The notes: generated from the letters alone by a model not told the origin. Numbered from the stretch's first letter, positions 20,304 to 29,883 are shown. The stretch: DNA of 58,218 nt from an uncultured Clostridia bacterium (GCA_964482715.1 CAYZYX010000006.1:1-58218), one strand, 5' to 3'. Numbers and translations are program-made.

Positions 20304-21188
20304 TCACCCTTTTATAGCTCCAAAAGTAAATCCTCTAATAAGATTTCCTCTTAAAAGAAAGGTAAAGATGACAACCGGGATTACCATCAAACCGGAGCCA
20401 GCAGCGATGTGACCCCAGTTAATTCCTGCTGTTCCGAGAGACTGAGCAATTGCCGGGGGCGCTGTTCTGGCATTTTCACCTGTCAAAAGTAGAGCAAAGG
20501 TAAATTCATTCCAGGCCATAATTAAACTAAAAATAGCTGTTGCCACCATTCCGGGACGCATTTCTGGTAAAACAAACTTGAAAAAAGCTTGAAAACGGGA
20601 ATACCCGTCAACCATAGCTGCTTCTTCGTATTCTCGAGGGATTTCATCAATGAAGCTCCTCATTATCCATACAGTAAAAGCCAGATTAAATACAGTGTAC
20701 ATAATGATAAGGCCGATACGTGTATCGTAAAGCCCCAAGGTTCTATACATTATTACCAGAGGTATTACTATCACTATGGGAGGGAGCATTCTGCTGGATA
20801 GAATGATAAATAGAAGATCATTTTTTCCTTTTATGTCAAAGCGAGAGAAAACATAAGCAGAAAAAGAACCTATGAATACCGCAAGACCTGTACTGATAAA
20901 GGATACAATTATGGAATTAAAGAGTTGATGAGGGAATGCTGACCATTTAAATTCTCCCTTGATCTCAACTCTTCCCACAGCTCCACCGGCACCCGCAATA
21001 AATATATTTTTAAAATTGTCCATAATAGGTCTATAAACCCACTTGGGAGGTAGAGAGAAAGCATCCAGCTTGGTCTTGGTGGCTGTAGCAAACATCCAGT
21101 AAACGGGAAAAAGATAGATACACAGAATAAAGATCAAAATACCAATAATAATGTAATTTTTATATTTCTGTTTTTTCAGGTAATTCAT
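20304..21188 (-). CDS. Carbohydrate ABC permease (MalG-like)
   Basis: EEAAMVDG EAA loop, AWNEF. Confidence 0.93.
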   Translation of the reverse strand: MNYLKKQKYKNYIIIGILIFILCIYLFPVYWMFATATKTKLDAFSLPPKWVYRPIMDNFKNIFIAGAGGAVGRVEIKGEFKWSAFPHQLFNSIIVSFISTGLAVFIGSFSAYVFSRFDIKGKNDLLFIILSSRMLPPIVIVIPLVIMYRTLGLYDTRIGLIIMYTVFNLAFTVWIMRSFIDEIPREYEEAAMVDGYSRFQAFFKFVLPEMRPGMVATAIFSLIMAWNEFTFALLLTGENARTAPPAIAQSLGTAGINWGHIAAGSGLMVIPVVIFTFLLRGNLIRGFTFGAIKG

Positions 21189-21197
21189 CTTCCCACA

Positions 21198-22130
21198 TTA
21201 AACTGCTCTTAACTTGTTAAGATAATTAACATAAATGTTGCTTAAGGCAATAATTATGATCAAGAAAATGTAAGCCAAAGCACAGGATTCACCCGTGTAC
21301 CAGTACTGAAAAGCCAGTTTATACAGATAATAAGGAAGAATCTGGGTGGAGTAACCCGGTCCTCCACCTGTTAAAACATAGACTATATCAAAAAATCTGA
21401 AGGCATCCATAGTGCGGAAAAGTAAAGCTAAAATTAAAAGCGGAAAGATGTGAGGAAGCGTAATATAACGAAATTTAAACCACCCTGAAGCTCTGTCTAC
21501 TTCAGCAGCTTCATAAAGGTAGCGGGGAACCGTAGAAAGTCCCGCTAAAGTTAAAAGTAGCATAAAAGGTGTCCAGATCCACACATCAGCTATTACCAGT
21601 GAATAAAGAGCCCACTTATAACTGGTTGTCCAGGCTATTTTAGGTATTCCAAACAGGATGCCTAAAATGTAGTTTAATATCCCCCAGTTGGTATCCAGAA
21701 TAAAAGCAAAGAATTTACCAATAACAACTGGAGAAAACATCATAGGTAAAAGATAAAGAGTAGTAATAATTCCTTTCCCTTTAAATTCTCTATTTAAAAG
21801 AAGAGCAAGGACAAATCCCAGAGCAAATTCAATAAGCACAGCAAGAGCCACAAATTTACCGGTAATGACAAATCGTGCCCAGACTTCAGGATCAGATAAA
21901 AGTCGGGCATAGTTTTTAAGTCCTACAAATTGGGGTGGAGCCTGAGCTACTGCATTATAACGAGTAAAGCTTAAGTATAAGGACCATATAAGGGGGAAAA
22001 TTATCATGAAAAGAAGAAGTGCAAAAGTAGGAACAAGAAAATAGATCTTTAAAGCGTTATCGCTTACCCTTCTACCAAATCCGCCTCTAATTTTCCTTTC
22101 TTTCACCTTCCTTTCCTCAGGGACCAGCAC
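21198..22130 (-). CDS. Carbohydrate ABC permease (MalF-like)
   Basis: FVGLKNY, YEAAEVDRA, TGGGPG. Confidence 0.93.
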   Translation of the reverse strand: MLVPEERKVKERKIRGGFGRRVSDNALKIYFLVPTFALLLFMIIFPLIWSLYLSFTRYNAVAQAPPQFVGLKNYARLLSDPEVWARFVITGKFVALAVLIEFALGFVLALLLNREFKGKGIITTLYLLPMMFSPVVIGKFFAFILDTNWGILNYILGILFGIPKIAWTTSYKWALYSLVIADVWIWTPFMLLLTLAGLSTVPRYLYEAAEVDRASGWFKFRYITLPHIFPLLILALLFRTMDAFRFFDIVYVLTGGGPGYSTQILPYYLYKLAFQYWYTGESCALAYIFLIIIIALSNIYVNYLNKLRAV

Positions 22131-22161
22131 CTTTAAAAGGTGCTGGTCACATGTAGCTTAT

Positions 22162-23505
22162 TTAATCGTAGTAGCCAGCTCTTCTTAAAATCTCTTCATG
22201 TCGCTTGGCTATGTTATCCATGGCCTGTTCCGGAGTTATCTTACCGAGAATGGCCTGGTTCAGCTGGATGGAAAGATACTCGCCCATCTCATTATACTGA
22301 GGAATTTCCCAGAAATCACGAAGTAAAGGAGCGCTTTCTCTAACAACCTGAGCAATTTCAGCATTAGGAAATCTCTCTAAGTAAGCAGGATCTTCAATAA
22401 TGGTTTTCTTTGCTGTATAGTTACCGCCCTCTGTCCATTTCCACTGGAACTCATCACTTGTTGTCCATTTGATAAACTTAAGAGCTTCTTCTTTGTAAGG
22501 ACTGTAAGCTGAAACTGCAAGTCCCTGACCTCCAAGCTGGACAAAATGTCTGAAAATACCATCACGTCCTATACCACCAGGTTCAGTGAAAAATCCAGTT
22601 TGATCTGCATACAGGGACAGGTTAGGATCAAGAAGTCCGGGGTAAAACATGGCATACATAGCTGCCATGGCTATAAGGCCCTGTTGAAAGGCAGTCATTA
22701 CTTCGTCTATGCTGTAGTTTGCTGCTCCAGGAGGATGAGTTTTGTAAAGCTCAACCCAGAGTTTAGCCGCTTCAATTCCGTCCCAGTTGTTAATAATTCC
22801 CTGAACTCTTTTTGTTCTGGGATCCCAGAGATTACCACCCATGGACCAGAAAGGTCCTAAGAACACATCAGCAAGTCCTGCTGTGGCAATGGGAGCCTCC
22901 CAGGTGGCAAATCCGTATAAATTTTTGTCAGGTCGGGTAAAAAAGCGCGCAATATCCAGAAGTTCCTGCCAGGTTTTTGGAATATCAAGGTCATACCCGT
23001 ACTGTTTTTTGAATGCAGCTTTTTCGTTCGGATCATTAAAAAGATCCTTACGATAAGCACATAAAACGAAGTCCAGGAGAAGAGGAACACCATACCAGTG
23101 GTCCGAATAGTCAGGATATTCCCCATAAGAACGGAGCGGAAATTCGTACCATTCATCAAAATTTATGTTTTTCTTCATCCAATCACTGAGTTCCAGCAAA
23201 TGTCCTCCTTCAACGGCCTCTCCTATCCATTGACTATCCGGTACCACTATATCAAAACTTGGTTTCCCAGAGGCAAATTCGGTGAAGACTCGATCATGGT
23301 ACTGAGGCCAGGGGATGAATGCTCCTTTCACTTTTATGTTGGGATTTTTCTTGGTAAACTCATCGGCAAGTTTTATCAGATAGTCGGCAGGATACCAGGC
23401 AGCCCAGGTAACTGTAAGGGTTACATCCTTTTGAGCAAGAGCTATTTGTCCAATAACTCCTAACAGGAAAAACCCCATAACTAAAACTATAGCTACCTTT
23501 TTCAT
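22162..23505 (-). CDS. Carbohydrate/polyol ABC substrate-binding protein
   Basis: Signal peptide, YRKDLF, PKTWQEL, GGQGLAVS; heads the CUT1 operon. Confidence 0.92.
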   Translation of the reverse strand: MKKVAIVLVMGFFLLGVIGQIALAQKDVTLTVTWAAWYPADYLIKLADEFTKKNPNIKVKGAFIPWPQYHDRVFTEFASGKPSFDIVVPDSQWIGEAVEGGHLLELSDWMKKNINFDEWYEFPLRSYGEYPDYSDHWYGVPLLLDFVLCAYRKDLFNDPNEKAAFKKQYGYDLDIPKTWQELLDIARFFTRPDKNLYGFATWEAPIATAGLADVFLGPFWSMGGNLWDPRTKRVQGIINNWDGIEAAKLWVELYKTHPPGAANYSIDEVMTAFQQGLIAMAAMYAMFYPGLLDPNLSLYADQTGFFTEPGGIGRDGIFRHFVQLGGQGLAVSAYSPYKEEALKFIKWTTSDEFQWKWTEGGNYTAKKTIIEDPAYLERFPNAEIAQVVRESAPLLRDFWEIPQYNEMGEYLSIQLNQAILGKITPEQAMDNIAKRHEEILRRAGYYD

Positions 23506-23619
23506 ACATTGCCTCCTTTTTCAATTTCCTTTTTGCTCTTATCTTATCTCTTCTTCTTTTCACCACCCCCTTTACTCAGATTTTTGCACCCACTCATACT
23601 TATCTTTTACTTAATATTT

Positions 23620-23648
23620 ATTTTACTTTAGATTACTAAACTTGTCAA
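23620..23648 (-). promoter_or_regulatory. sigma70 promoter of the ABC-xylB operon
   Basis: TTGACA-17-TAAAAT on the minus strand. Confidence 0.8.
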
Positions 23649-23660
23649 TCATATATGGCT

Positions 23661-23708
23661 CTGAAGTTGGGACACTTTTTCTCATCAGAAAAACTGTCTC
23701 AATTTTAG
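23661..23708. repeat. Inverted pair of the dispersed 20-bp motif
   Basis: CTGAAGTTGGGACACTTTTT (23661-80) and AAAAACTGTCTCAATTTTAG (23689-708) between divergent promoters. Confidence 0.75.
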
Positions 23709-23719
23709 ATCCTGGAAAT

Positions 23720-23748
23720 TTGACATCTCTTCATGTACAATTTAAAAT
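23720..23748 (+). promoter_or_regulatory. sigma70 promoter of the paaI-hupUV-kinase-regulator operon
   Basis: TTGACA-17-TAAAAT. Confidence 0.8.
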
Positions 23749-23789
23749 ATTACAGGTAAAGGCAAAATAAAAGGAGAGAATTTAAGCCA

Positions 23790-24200
23790 ATGCAAAGAAC
23801 CGATCTAAAAACTTACAGGGAGAAACTGGCCCATGATCCCTATGCAAAGCTTCTTGGGGTGAAACTGGAAAAGGTGGAAGAAGGGTATGCCAGGGTAAGT
23901 CTTGAGTTGAAAGAGGAATTTTTAAATTTTCTGGGTTACGTTCATGGAGGACTTATCTTTTCCCTGGCTGATCAGGCTTTTGCAGTTGCCTCCAATTCCA
24001 GAGAGAAAGTCTCAGTTGCCCTCCAGATGAATATTAATTTCCTAAAGGCCCCCTCCATAGGTGACACTTTAATTGCCGAGGCTGAAGAAAAAAGTTTAAG
24101 CAATAAAATCGGATTTTATGAGATAAAAGTAAAAAATTCTGCTCAAGAACTTATAGCCCAGGCTCAGGGCATAGTATACCGGAAAGAACCAAGAGGATAG
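23790..24200 (+). CDS. PaaI/hotdog-fold thioesterase
   Basis: N.LG.VHGG.IFSLAD.AF..ASN motif. Confidence 0.9.
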   Translation: MQRTDLKTYREKLAHDPYAKLLGVKLEKVEEGYARVSLELKEEFLNFLGYVHGGLIFSLADQAFAVASNSREKVSVALQMNINFLKAPSIGDTLIAEAEEKSLSNKIGFYEIKVKNSAQELIAQAQGIVYRKEPRG

Positions 24201-24205
24201 AAAAG

Positions 24206-25225
24206 ATAAAAAAAAGAGGAGCTTCAAAGCTCAATGTTTTGTGGCTGCAGGGTGGATGTTGTGGAGGGGAAAGTGTATCTTTGTTGAACTCAGAGCAACC
24301 CGGTTTTCTCACCACCGTCACTAATTTCAACCTCAATCTTCTCTGGCATCCCTCTTTTAGCTTACAGGGAAACAGAGAGATACCCCAACTTCTTAATAAT
24401 CTTCTTACCGGAAAATTGAAATTACACATACTGATGGTAGAAGGTGCTATCTACCAGGGTCCTCGGGGAACCGGAAAGTACAACCTGTTCTGCGGGAGAC
24501 CTTTTAAAGATTGGGTTATCCAGCTTTCCAGAATTAGTGATTATACCATAGCTGTAGGAACCTGTTCTTCCTTTGGGGGTATTCCTGCTGCCGGAAAAAA
24601 TCCTATGGAAGCTACTGGACTTCAATTTTTCAGGGAAACTAAAGGAGGGCTGCTGGGAAAAAATTACACTTCGCGAAAGAAGTTCCCGGTGATTAATATT
24701 GCCGGTTGCCCGGCACATCCTGACTGGATAGTTGAAACCTTACTCAATTTATCTGAAAGCAAACTCCAACTGGCTGATCTGGATCGATTTAATCGTCCTC
24801 GCATGTTTTACGAAAAATTAGCTCATCATGCCTGTCCTCGCAACGAATACTACGAATTCAAAGCCTCAGCTGAGAGTTACTCCCAGCAAGGATGTCTATT
24901 TGAAAATCTGGGATGTAAGGGTACCCAGTGTGAATCTGATTGTAACGAAAGATTGTGGTTGAATCGGACTGGAAGTTGTACCCGAGGAGGTTTTCCCTGT
25001 ATATCCTGCACATCTCCCCGTTTTCCCGATGGATTTGTTCCCTTCTTTGAAACAGAAAAAATAGGTAACATACCTACCACCCTGCCTCTGGATGTTCCCA
25101 AAGCCTGGTATGTTGGGATAAGTGGACTGGCCAAACTTGCCTGTCCTGAACGACTACTTGTAAACGCCACCTCTTTTAAACCCGTAAAAATCGAGGAAAA
25201 TAGAGAAAAATGGAAAAAAAGTTAA
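24206..25225 (+). CDS. hupU: H2-sensing [NiFe]-hydrogenase small subunit (HupU/HoxB-like, group 2b); start uncertain (ATA 24206 or TTG 24239)
   Basis: No Tat leader; NVLWLQ..C, VGTC..FGG, GCPAHP, HHACPRNEYYEFKASA, and C-terminal IP..LP.DVPKAW tail typical of sensor small subunits. Confidence 0.85.
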   Translation: MKKRGASKLNVLWLQGGCCGGESVSLLNSEQPGFLTTVTNFNLNLLWHPSFSLQGNREIPQLLNNLLTGKLKLHILMVEGAIYQGPRGTGKYNLFCGRPFKDWVIQLSRISDYTIAVGTCSSFGGIPAAGKNPMEATGLQFFRETKGGLLGKNYTSRKKFPVINIAGCPAHPDWIVETLLNLSESKLQLADLDRFNRPRMFYEKLAHHACPRNEYYEFKASAESYSQQGCLFENLGCKGTQCESDCNERLWLNRTGSCTRGGFPCISCTSPRFPDGFVPFFETEKIGNIPTTLPLDVPKAWYVGISGLAKLACPERLLVNATSFKPVKIEENREKWKKS

Positions 25226-26670
25226 CCTTAAGACCTTTTTCTCGTCTGGAAGGAGACCTGGAAATTGAAGTCAGATTTAAAAAAGAGGAAATTGTAGATT
25301 GTTGTTGTTCGGGAATCATGTTCAGGGGATTTGAAAATCTTCTTACAGGAAGAGATTTGATGGATGCACTGGTATTTGTCTGTCGGATTTGCGGGGTATG
25401 CGGGGTCTCTCAATCAGTGGCTGCTGCTAAAGCACTGAGAAAAATCTTTGGGATAGATATTCCTGTCAATGGATACCTTGCCACCGGTATTGTTCTGGCT
25501 ACCGAGATACTTCTTAATCAATTTACCCACTTTTACATCTTATTTACACCAGACTTAGTAAATCCAAGATATTCGGGACATCCTTTATATCCGGAAGTGG
25601 TAAAAAGATTTTCTCCCTTTTCAGGTCTTTCCTATCGAAAGATGGTTGAAGCAAGAAAAGCTCTTTTAACTATCATGGGAATATTTGCCGGTAAATGGCC
25701 CAACACCCTTGCTCTGCATCCAGGTGGAACCACCAAACCAATAAATAAAAGTGAGAAGATAAGATGTATGGGAAGTTTAAAGGAATTTCAAGATTTTGTT
25801 GAAAGTGTTTTCCTGGGTTGTGAAATTGAGCAATGGTTAGAAAAAAGAAGCTTTGAAGAAATTGAGTTATGGTTAAAGAAAAAAGAGGCTGTGGAAAGTG
25901 ATCTTGGTATTTTTTTGTTATTTGGCAGAGAAATTGGATTACCTGAACTGGGAAAAGGTCCTGTTAGATTCTTATCCTCGGCCGGATTTGAGCTTCCAGA
26001 AGGAAAGAGCTGGTATAAGGAGGGATTCTATGACGGCAATCTCCACCCTCTTGATACCGGAAAGATCCGTGAAGATCATACATTTAGTTGGTTAGAAAAT
26101 GGAGAACATCATCCCTTTGAAGGATCAACCAGGCCAGATATAGACAAAAAAACCGCCTACAGCTGGTCAAAGTCTCCTCGTTATGAGGGGAAGGTGGTGG
26201 AGGTTGGTCCCCTGGCAAGGCTTGTAATCAATCAGGAACCCCTGGTCACTTCTCTTTTTTCCAGATGGGGGGCAAATGTATATACCAGAGTGCTTGCCCG
26301 GATGCAAGAGGCTATAAAGCTTATTCCCAGAATATCTTTCTGGATAGAACAGATTGACTGGGAGAAGCCTTTTTATCATAAACCGGACAAGGTGGTAAAT
26401 AAAAAAGCGAGGGCACTTGTAGAAGCAGCAAGAGGAATGCTTGGGCACTGGATAAAGGTTGAAAATGGTAAAATCAAAAATTACCAGATAATAACCCCCA
26501 CCACCTGGAATTTTTCTCCTCGTGACTCCTATGGCAATCCAGGAGCTTGTGAGCAGGCTCTTGTAGGAACTCGTTTAAAAAATCCTGAACAGCCACTTGA
26601 AATTTTTCATATTATAAGATCTTATGACCCTTGTCTTTTCTGCAGTGTGCATATGATAGAAGTAAGGTAG
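25210..26670 (+). CDS. hupV: H2-sensing [NiFe]-hydrogenase large subunit (HupV/HoxC-like)
   Basis: PFSRLEGDLE, L1 RICGVC, GKWP, PTTWNFSPRD, L2 DPCLFCSVH close to the C-terminus. Confidence 0.88.
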   Translation: MEKKLTLRPFSRLEGDLEIEVRFKKEEIVDCCCSGIMFRGFENLLTGRDLMDALVFVCRICGVCGVSQSVAAAKALRKIFGIDIPVNGYLATGIVLATEILLNQFTHFYILFTPDLVNPRYSGHPLYPEVVKRFSPFSGLSYRKMVEARKALLTIMGIFAGKWPNTLALHPGGTTKPINKSEKIRCMGSLKEFQDFVESVFLGCEIEQWLEKRSFEEIELWLKKKEAVESDLGIFLLFGREIGLPELGKGPVRFLSSAGFELPEGKSWYKEGFYDGNLHPLDTGKIREDHTFSWLENGEHHPFEGSTRPDIDKKTAYSWSKSPRYEGKVVEVGPLARLVINQEPLVTSLFSRWGANVYTRVLARMQEAIKLIPRISFWIEQIDWEKPFYHKPDKVVNKKARALVEAARGMLGHWIKVENGKIKNYQIITPTTWNFSPRDSYGNPGACEQALVGTRLKNPEQPLEIFHIIRSYDPCLFCSVHMIEVR

Positions 26671-26676
26671 GTAAAC

Positions 26677-27873
26677 ATGCGGCTGACAGATAAAAACTCT
26701 GATAAGCTTCAGGAAACTATGTGGATTGAGATAATTGAAGGAATGGAACATCTTTATGCGGAACTTGCGGATAATCAGGCAGAATTGGAGAGAAAAAACA
26801 GAGAACTTTCCCGGACTAAGGAATTTATTGAAAATGTGCTAAACAGCATGATCGATTCAGTAGTGGTTATAGATCGAAGTGGAATCATAAAGAGAGTTAA
26901 CAGAGCTACTTTAGAACTTCTTGGGTATAGTGAGAGGGAAATAGTGGGGAAAAAAATGAAGGTTTTGCTTGGGAGGAGAAAAAGCACTCTTCTGTTTAGG
27001 AATCATTTTCTTAAGCAACTTATAGAGGAGGGGTCTATTCATAACTTTGAAATGGATTATCGAACCAGGAAAGGTGAAAAAATCCCGATGAGCTTTAACG
27101 GGTCCCTGATGTTGAGTAAAGAAGGTGAAGTAGAAGGAATAATTGTGGTTGCCCGGGATATGAGGGAGATCAAAAATCTCCAAAATCAACTCGTTCACTC
27201 GGAAAAGTTAGCTTCTATTGGAAGACTGGCAGCCGGTATAGCTCATGAAATAAATAACCCTTTAACAGGAATTTTAACATTTGCCCATCTGCTCCTCAGA
27301 GATGTTCCTCCCGATGATCCTATTCATAAAGACCTGGAAATTATCGTTAAAGAAGCAAACCGGTGCAAATTAATCACTCAAGGCCTTCTGGATTTTGCCC
27401 GGCAAACTGAACCGCGGAGAGTTCCTGTTAATATAAATCGGCTTATAAAAGATACTGTAGCCTTAGTTAAGAATCAGGCATCTTTCCAAAATATAAAGAT
27501 AATTGAGGATTTAAATTTGGTCTTACCTCTGGTAATGGTAGACCCAAATCAAATCAAACAGGTGTTTATGAATATTATCCTTAATGCCCAAGAAGCCATG
27601 CCTCAAGGGGGTTTTTTAAGTATAAGTAGTGATTTTAGTGAGGATGGAAGATCTATAGAAATAAAATTTACAGATACAGGATGTGGAATTCCTGAAGAAC
27701 ATATGGGGAAAATATTTGACCCTTTCTTTACCACTAAAAAAACAGGAAAGGGGACAGGGCTGGGACTTGCTATAAGCTATGGACTTATTAAAAGACACAG
27801 AGGAAACATCGAGGTAGAAAGCCAGGAAAGAAAAGGAACTACAGTCATCATAAAATTGCCTGTGAAAGGATGA
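26677..27873 (+). CDS. Cytoplasmic PAS histidine kinase (HupT/HoxJ-like)
   Basis: N-terminal WIEII..ME.LY.EL..Q.ELE.KN.EL helix, PAS, AHEINNPL, DTGCGI, GTGLGL. Confidence 0.88.
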   Translation: MRLTDKNSDKLQETMWIEIIEGMEHLYAELADNQAELERKNRELSRTKEFIENVLNSMIDSVVVIDRSGIIKRVNRATLELLGYSEREIVGKKMKVLLGRRKSTLLFRNHFLKQLIEEGSIHNFEMDYRTRKGEKIPMSFNGSLMLSKEGEVEGIIVVARDMREIKNLQNQLVHSEKLASIGRLAAGIAHEINNPLTGILTFAHLLLRDVPPDDPIHKDLEIIVKEANRCKLITQGLLDFARQTEPRRVPVNINRLIKDTVALVKNQASFQNIKIIEDLNLVLPLVMVDPNQIKQVFMNIILNAQEAMPQGGFLSISSDFSEDGRSIEIKFTDTGCGIPEEHMGKIFDPFFTTKKTGKGTGLGLAISYGLIKRHRGNIEVESQERKGTTVIIKLPVKG

Positions 27874-27889
27874 AGTAAAGGAGAATCTC

Positions 27890-29299
27890 ATGGAAATAGG
27901 AAAAGTTCTGGTAGTAGATGATGAACCTGTGGTTTGCCAAAGTTGTAAGCGTATCCTGGAAAGAGCTGGATACAAAGTAGAGACAGTTTTAAGTGGTAAG
28001 GAGGCAATTAATAGAGCAAAAAAAGAAATTTACGATGTGGCTATAGTCGATCTTAAAATGCCCGAGATGGATGGAATGGAGATCCTACAAAGATTAAGAG
28101 AGGAACATCCAGAGATAATTGTTATAATGATTACCGGTTATTCTACCGTGGAAACAGCAGTGGAAGCCATGAAACTTGGTGCCTTTGATTATGTTCCCAA
28201 GCCATTTACACCTGATGAACTTGAAATAATAGTCAGAAATGCTCTGGAGCGAAAAAAACTTCTCTGGGAAAATCGATATTTAAGAAGCGAACTTCAAGAA
28301 AAATACCGATTTGAAAACATTATTGGTAAAAGCAAGAAAATGCAGGAAATATATCGAATTATAGAAAAAGTTGCTCCCACTGATTCTACGGTAATTATCT
28401 ATGGAGAAAGTGGAACGGGGAAAGAACTTGTGGCACGAGCAATTCACTACAATTCTCCTCGCAAGGATAGACCCTTTATCTCAGTTGACTGCGGAGCACT
28501 TTCCGAAAGTCTCCTGGAAAGTGAACTTTTTGGACATGTAAAAGGCTCCTTTACTGACGCAGTGGTTACCAAACCAGGGCTTTTTGAAATAGCCAATGGT
28601 GGGACTTTTTTTCTTGATGAGGTTGGTAATATCAGCCTTTCTATTCAGGCTAAACTCCTAAGGGTTCTCCAGGAACGTGAATTTAAACCTGTGGGAGGGA
28701 CGACCTGGAAAAAAGTTGATATCAGAATAATTGCCGCTACAAATAAAGACCTGCGAAAAATGATTGAAGAAGGAACTTTCAGGGAAGACCTTTTTTACCG
28801 GCTTAACATTGTGCCTGTTTATCTGCCTCCTTTAAGAGAAAGACGTGAGGATATCCCTCTTCTGGTATCGTACTTTCTGGAAAAGTTCAATCGGGAAAGA
28901 AAAAGAAATATAAAAAGAGTTTCTCTGGAGGCTATGCAACTTTTGATTAATTATTCCTGGCCTGGAAATGTAAGAGAACTGGAAAACATGATTGAGAGAC
29001 TGGTAGTAATGGCTGATGAAGACACCATACGAGTAGAACACCTGCCAATCAGTTTAAGAGAAAAGGAGATTCAGGCGGTAAAAGTTCCCAGGACCAAAGA
29101 AGAGTTAAAAAGATTAAAGAAAGAAGTAAGAAAAAAAGCGGTGGTTCAAATTGAGAAAAGGTTTATTCTTGAGGCTCTAAAAAGAAACAACTGGAACGTA
29201 ACCAAAGCAGCAAAAGATGTGGGTATGCAGCGACAAAATTTTCAAGCTTTAATGCGTAAGCACAAGATTTCCCGCCCAAACAAGAAAAATATTCACTGA
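27890..29299 (+). CDS. NtrC-family sigma54 response regulator (HupR/HoxA position)
   Basis: REC (VVDD, DLKMP), GESGTGKE, ESELFGH..GSFTDA, FREDLFYRL, WPGNVREL, Fis-type HTH. Confidence 0.93.
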   Translation: MEIGKVLVVDDEPVVCQSCKRILERAGYKVETVLSGKEAINRAKKEIYDVAIVDLKMPEMDGMEILQRLREEHPEIIVIMITGYSTVETAVEAMKLGAFDYVPKPFTPDELEIIVRNALERKKLLWENRYLRSELQEKYRFENIIGKSKKMQEIYRIIEKVAPTDSTVIIYGESGTGKELVARAIHYNSPRKDRPFISVDCGALSESLLESELFGHVKGSFTDAVVTKPGLFEIANGGTFFLDEVGNISLSIQAKLLRVLQEREFKPVGGTTWKKVDIRIIAATNKDLRKMIEEGTFREDLFYRLNIVPVYLPPLRERREDIPLLVSYFLEKFNRERKRNIKRVSLEAMQLLINYSWPGNVRELENMIERLVVMADEDTIRVEHLPISLREKEIQAVKVPRTKEELKRLKKEVRKKAVVQIEKRFILEALKRNNWNVTKAAKDVGMQRQNFQALMRKHKISRPNKKNIH

Positions 29300-29391
29300 A
29301 TATAAAAATTATTCAATAGCATTAATCCTTTCACGTTAAAAAGCAGAACCAACCTGAGTTTTTCTAAAATAATGAATAAATATTTTATGCA
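29297..29391. promoter_or_regulatory. Two palindromic candidate enhancer (UAS) sites TGAATA-N7-TAT(T/G)CA
   Basis: TGAATATAAAAATTATTCA (29297-315) and TGAATAAATATTTTATGCA (29373-391). Confidence 0.6.
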
Positions 29392-29451
29392 CTACATGGC
29401 AAAATAAAAGTAAAATCCCTTTGATAAAGCGAAAGAAGAAATCAGTAAAAC

Positions 29452-29466
29452 TGGCATGATGATTGC
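29452..29466 (+). promoter_or_regulatory. sigma54 -24/-12 promoter
   Basis: TGGCATGATGATTGC matches TGGCAC-N5-TTGC with exact GG-N10-GC spacing. Confidence 0.85.
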
Positions 29467-29502
29467 CCTTTTTCCTACAGAAATCATACTTTAAATTAAA
29501 AG

Positions 29503-29883
29503 ATGGAGACAAAGGGTAAAGTTCTAATAGCTGATCAGGATAGGGAAAGCAGAGAAACTTTAGCTGACTTTCTTTTGAGAGAAAATTTCTCAGTGGATAC
29601 TACATCTGTAGCCAGTGAAGTGATCCAGAAAATTCAGAATGTCAAGATTGATGTATTGATAATGGACGTAGAACTTAAAGGAATGAAGGGATATGAGATA
29701 ATCCCCATCCTGAAGAAAATAGACCCTCAGCTTTGTATAATTGTCACTTCGGGTAATCTCTCACTGGAGCTTGCTCGAAAAATATGGGAACAAGGTATAT
29801 TTTTTTATGCGGTGAAACCTCTTGATTTAAAAGAAATAAGACTGGCAGTTAATGACGCTCTAAAAAAACTCACCAAAAAATAA
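29503..29883 (+). CDS. Single-domain response regulator receiver
   Basis: VLIADQD, LIMD, KP motif; no output domain. Confidence 0.85.
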   Translation: METKGKVLIADQDRESRETLADFLLRENFSVDTTSVASEVIQKIQNVKIDVLIMDVELKGMKGYEIIPILKKIDPQLCIIVTSGNLSLELARKIWEQGIFFYAVKPLDLKEIRLAVNDALKKLTKK

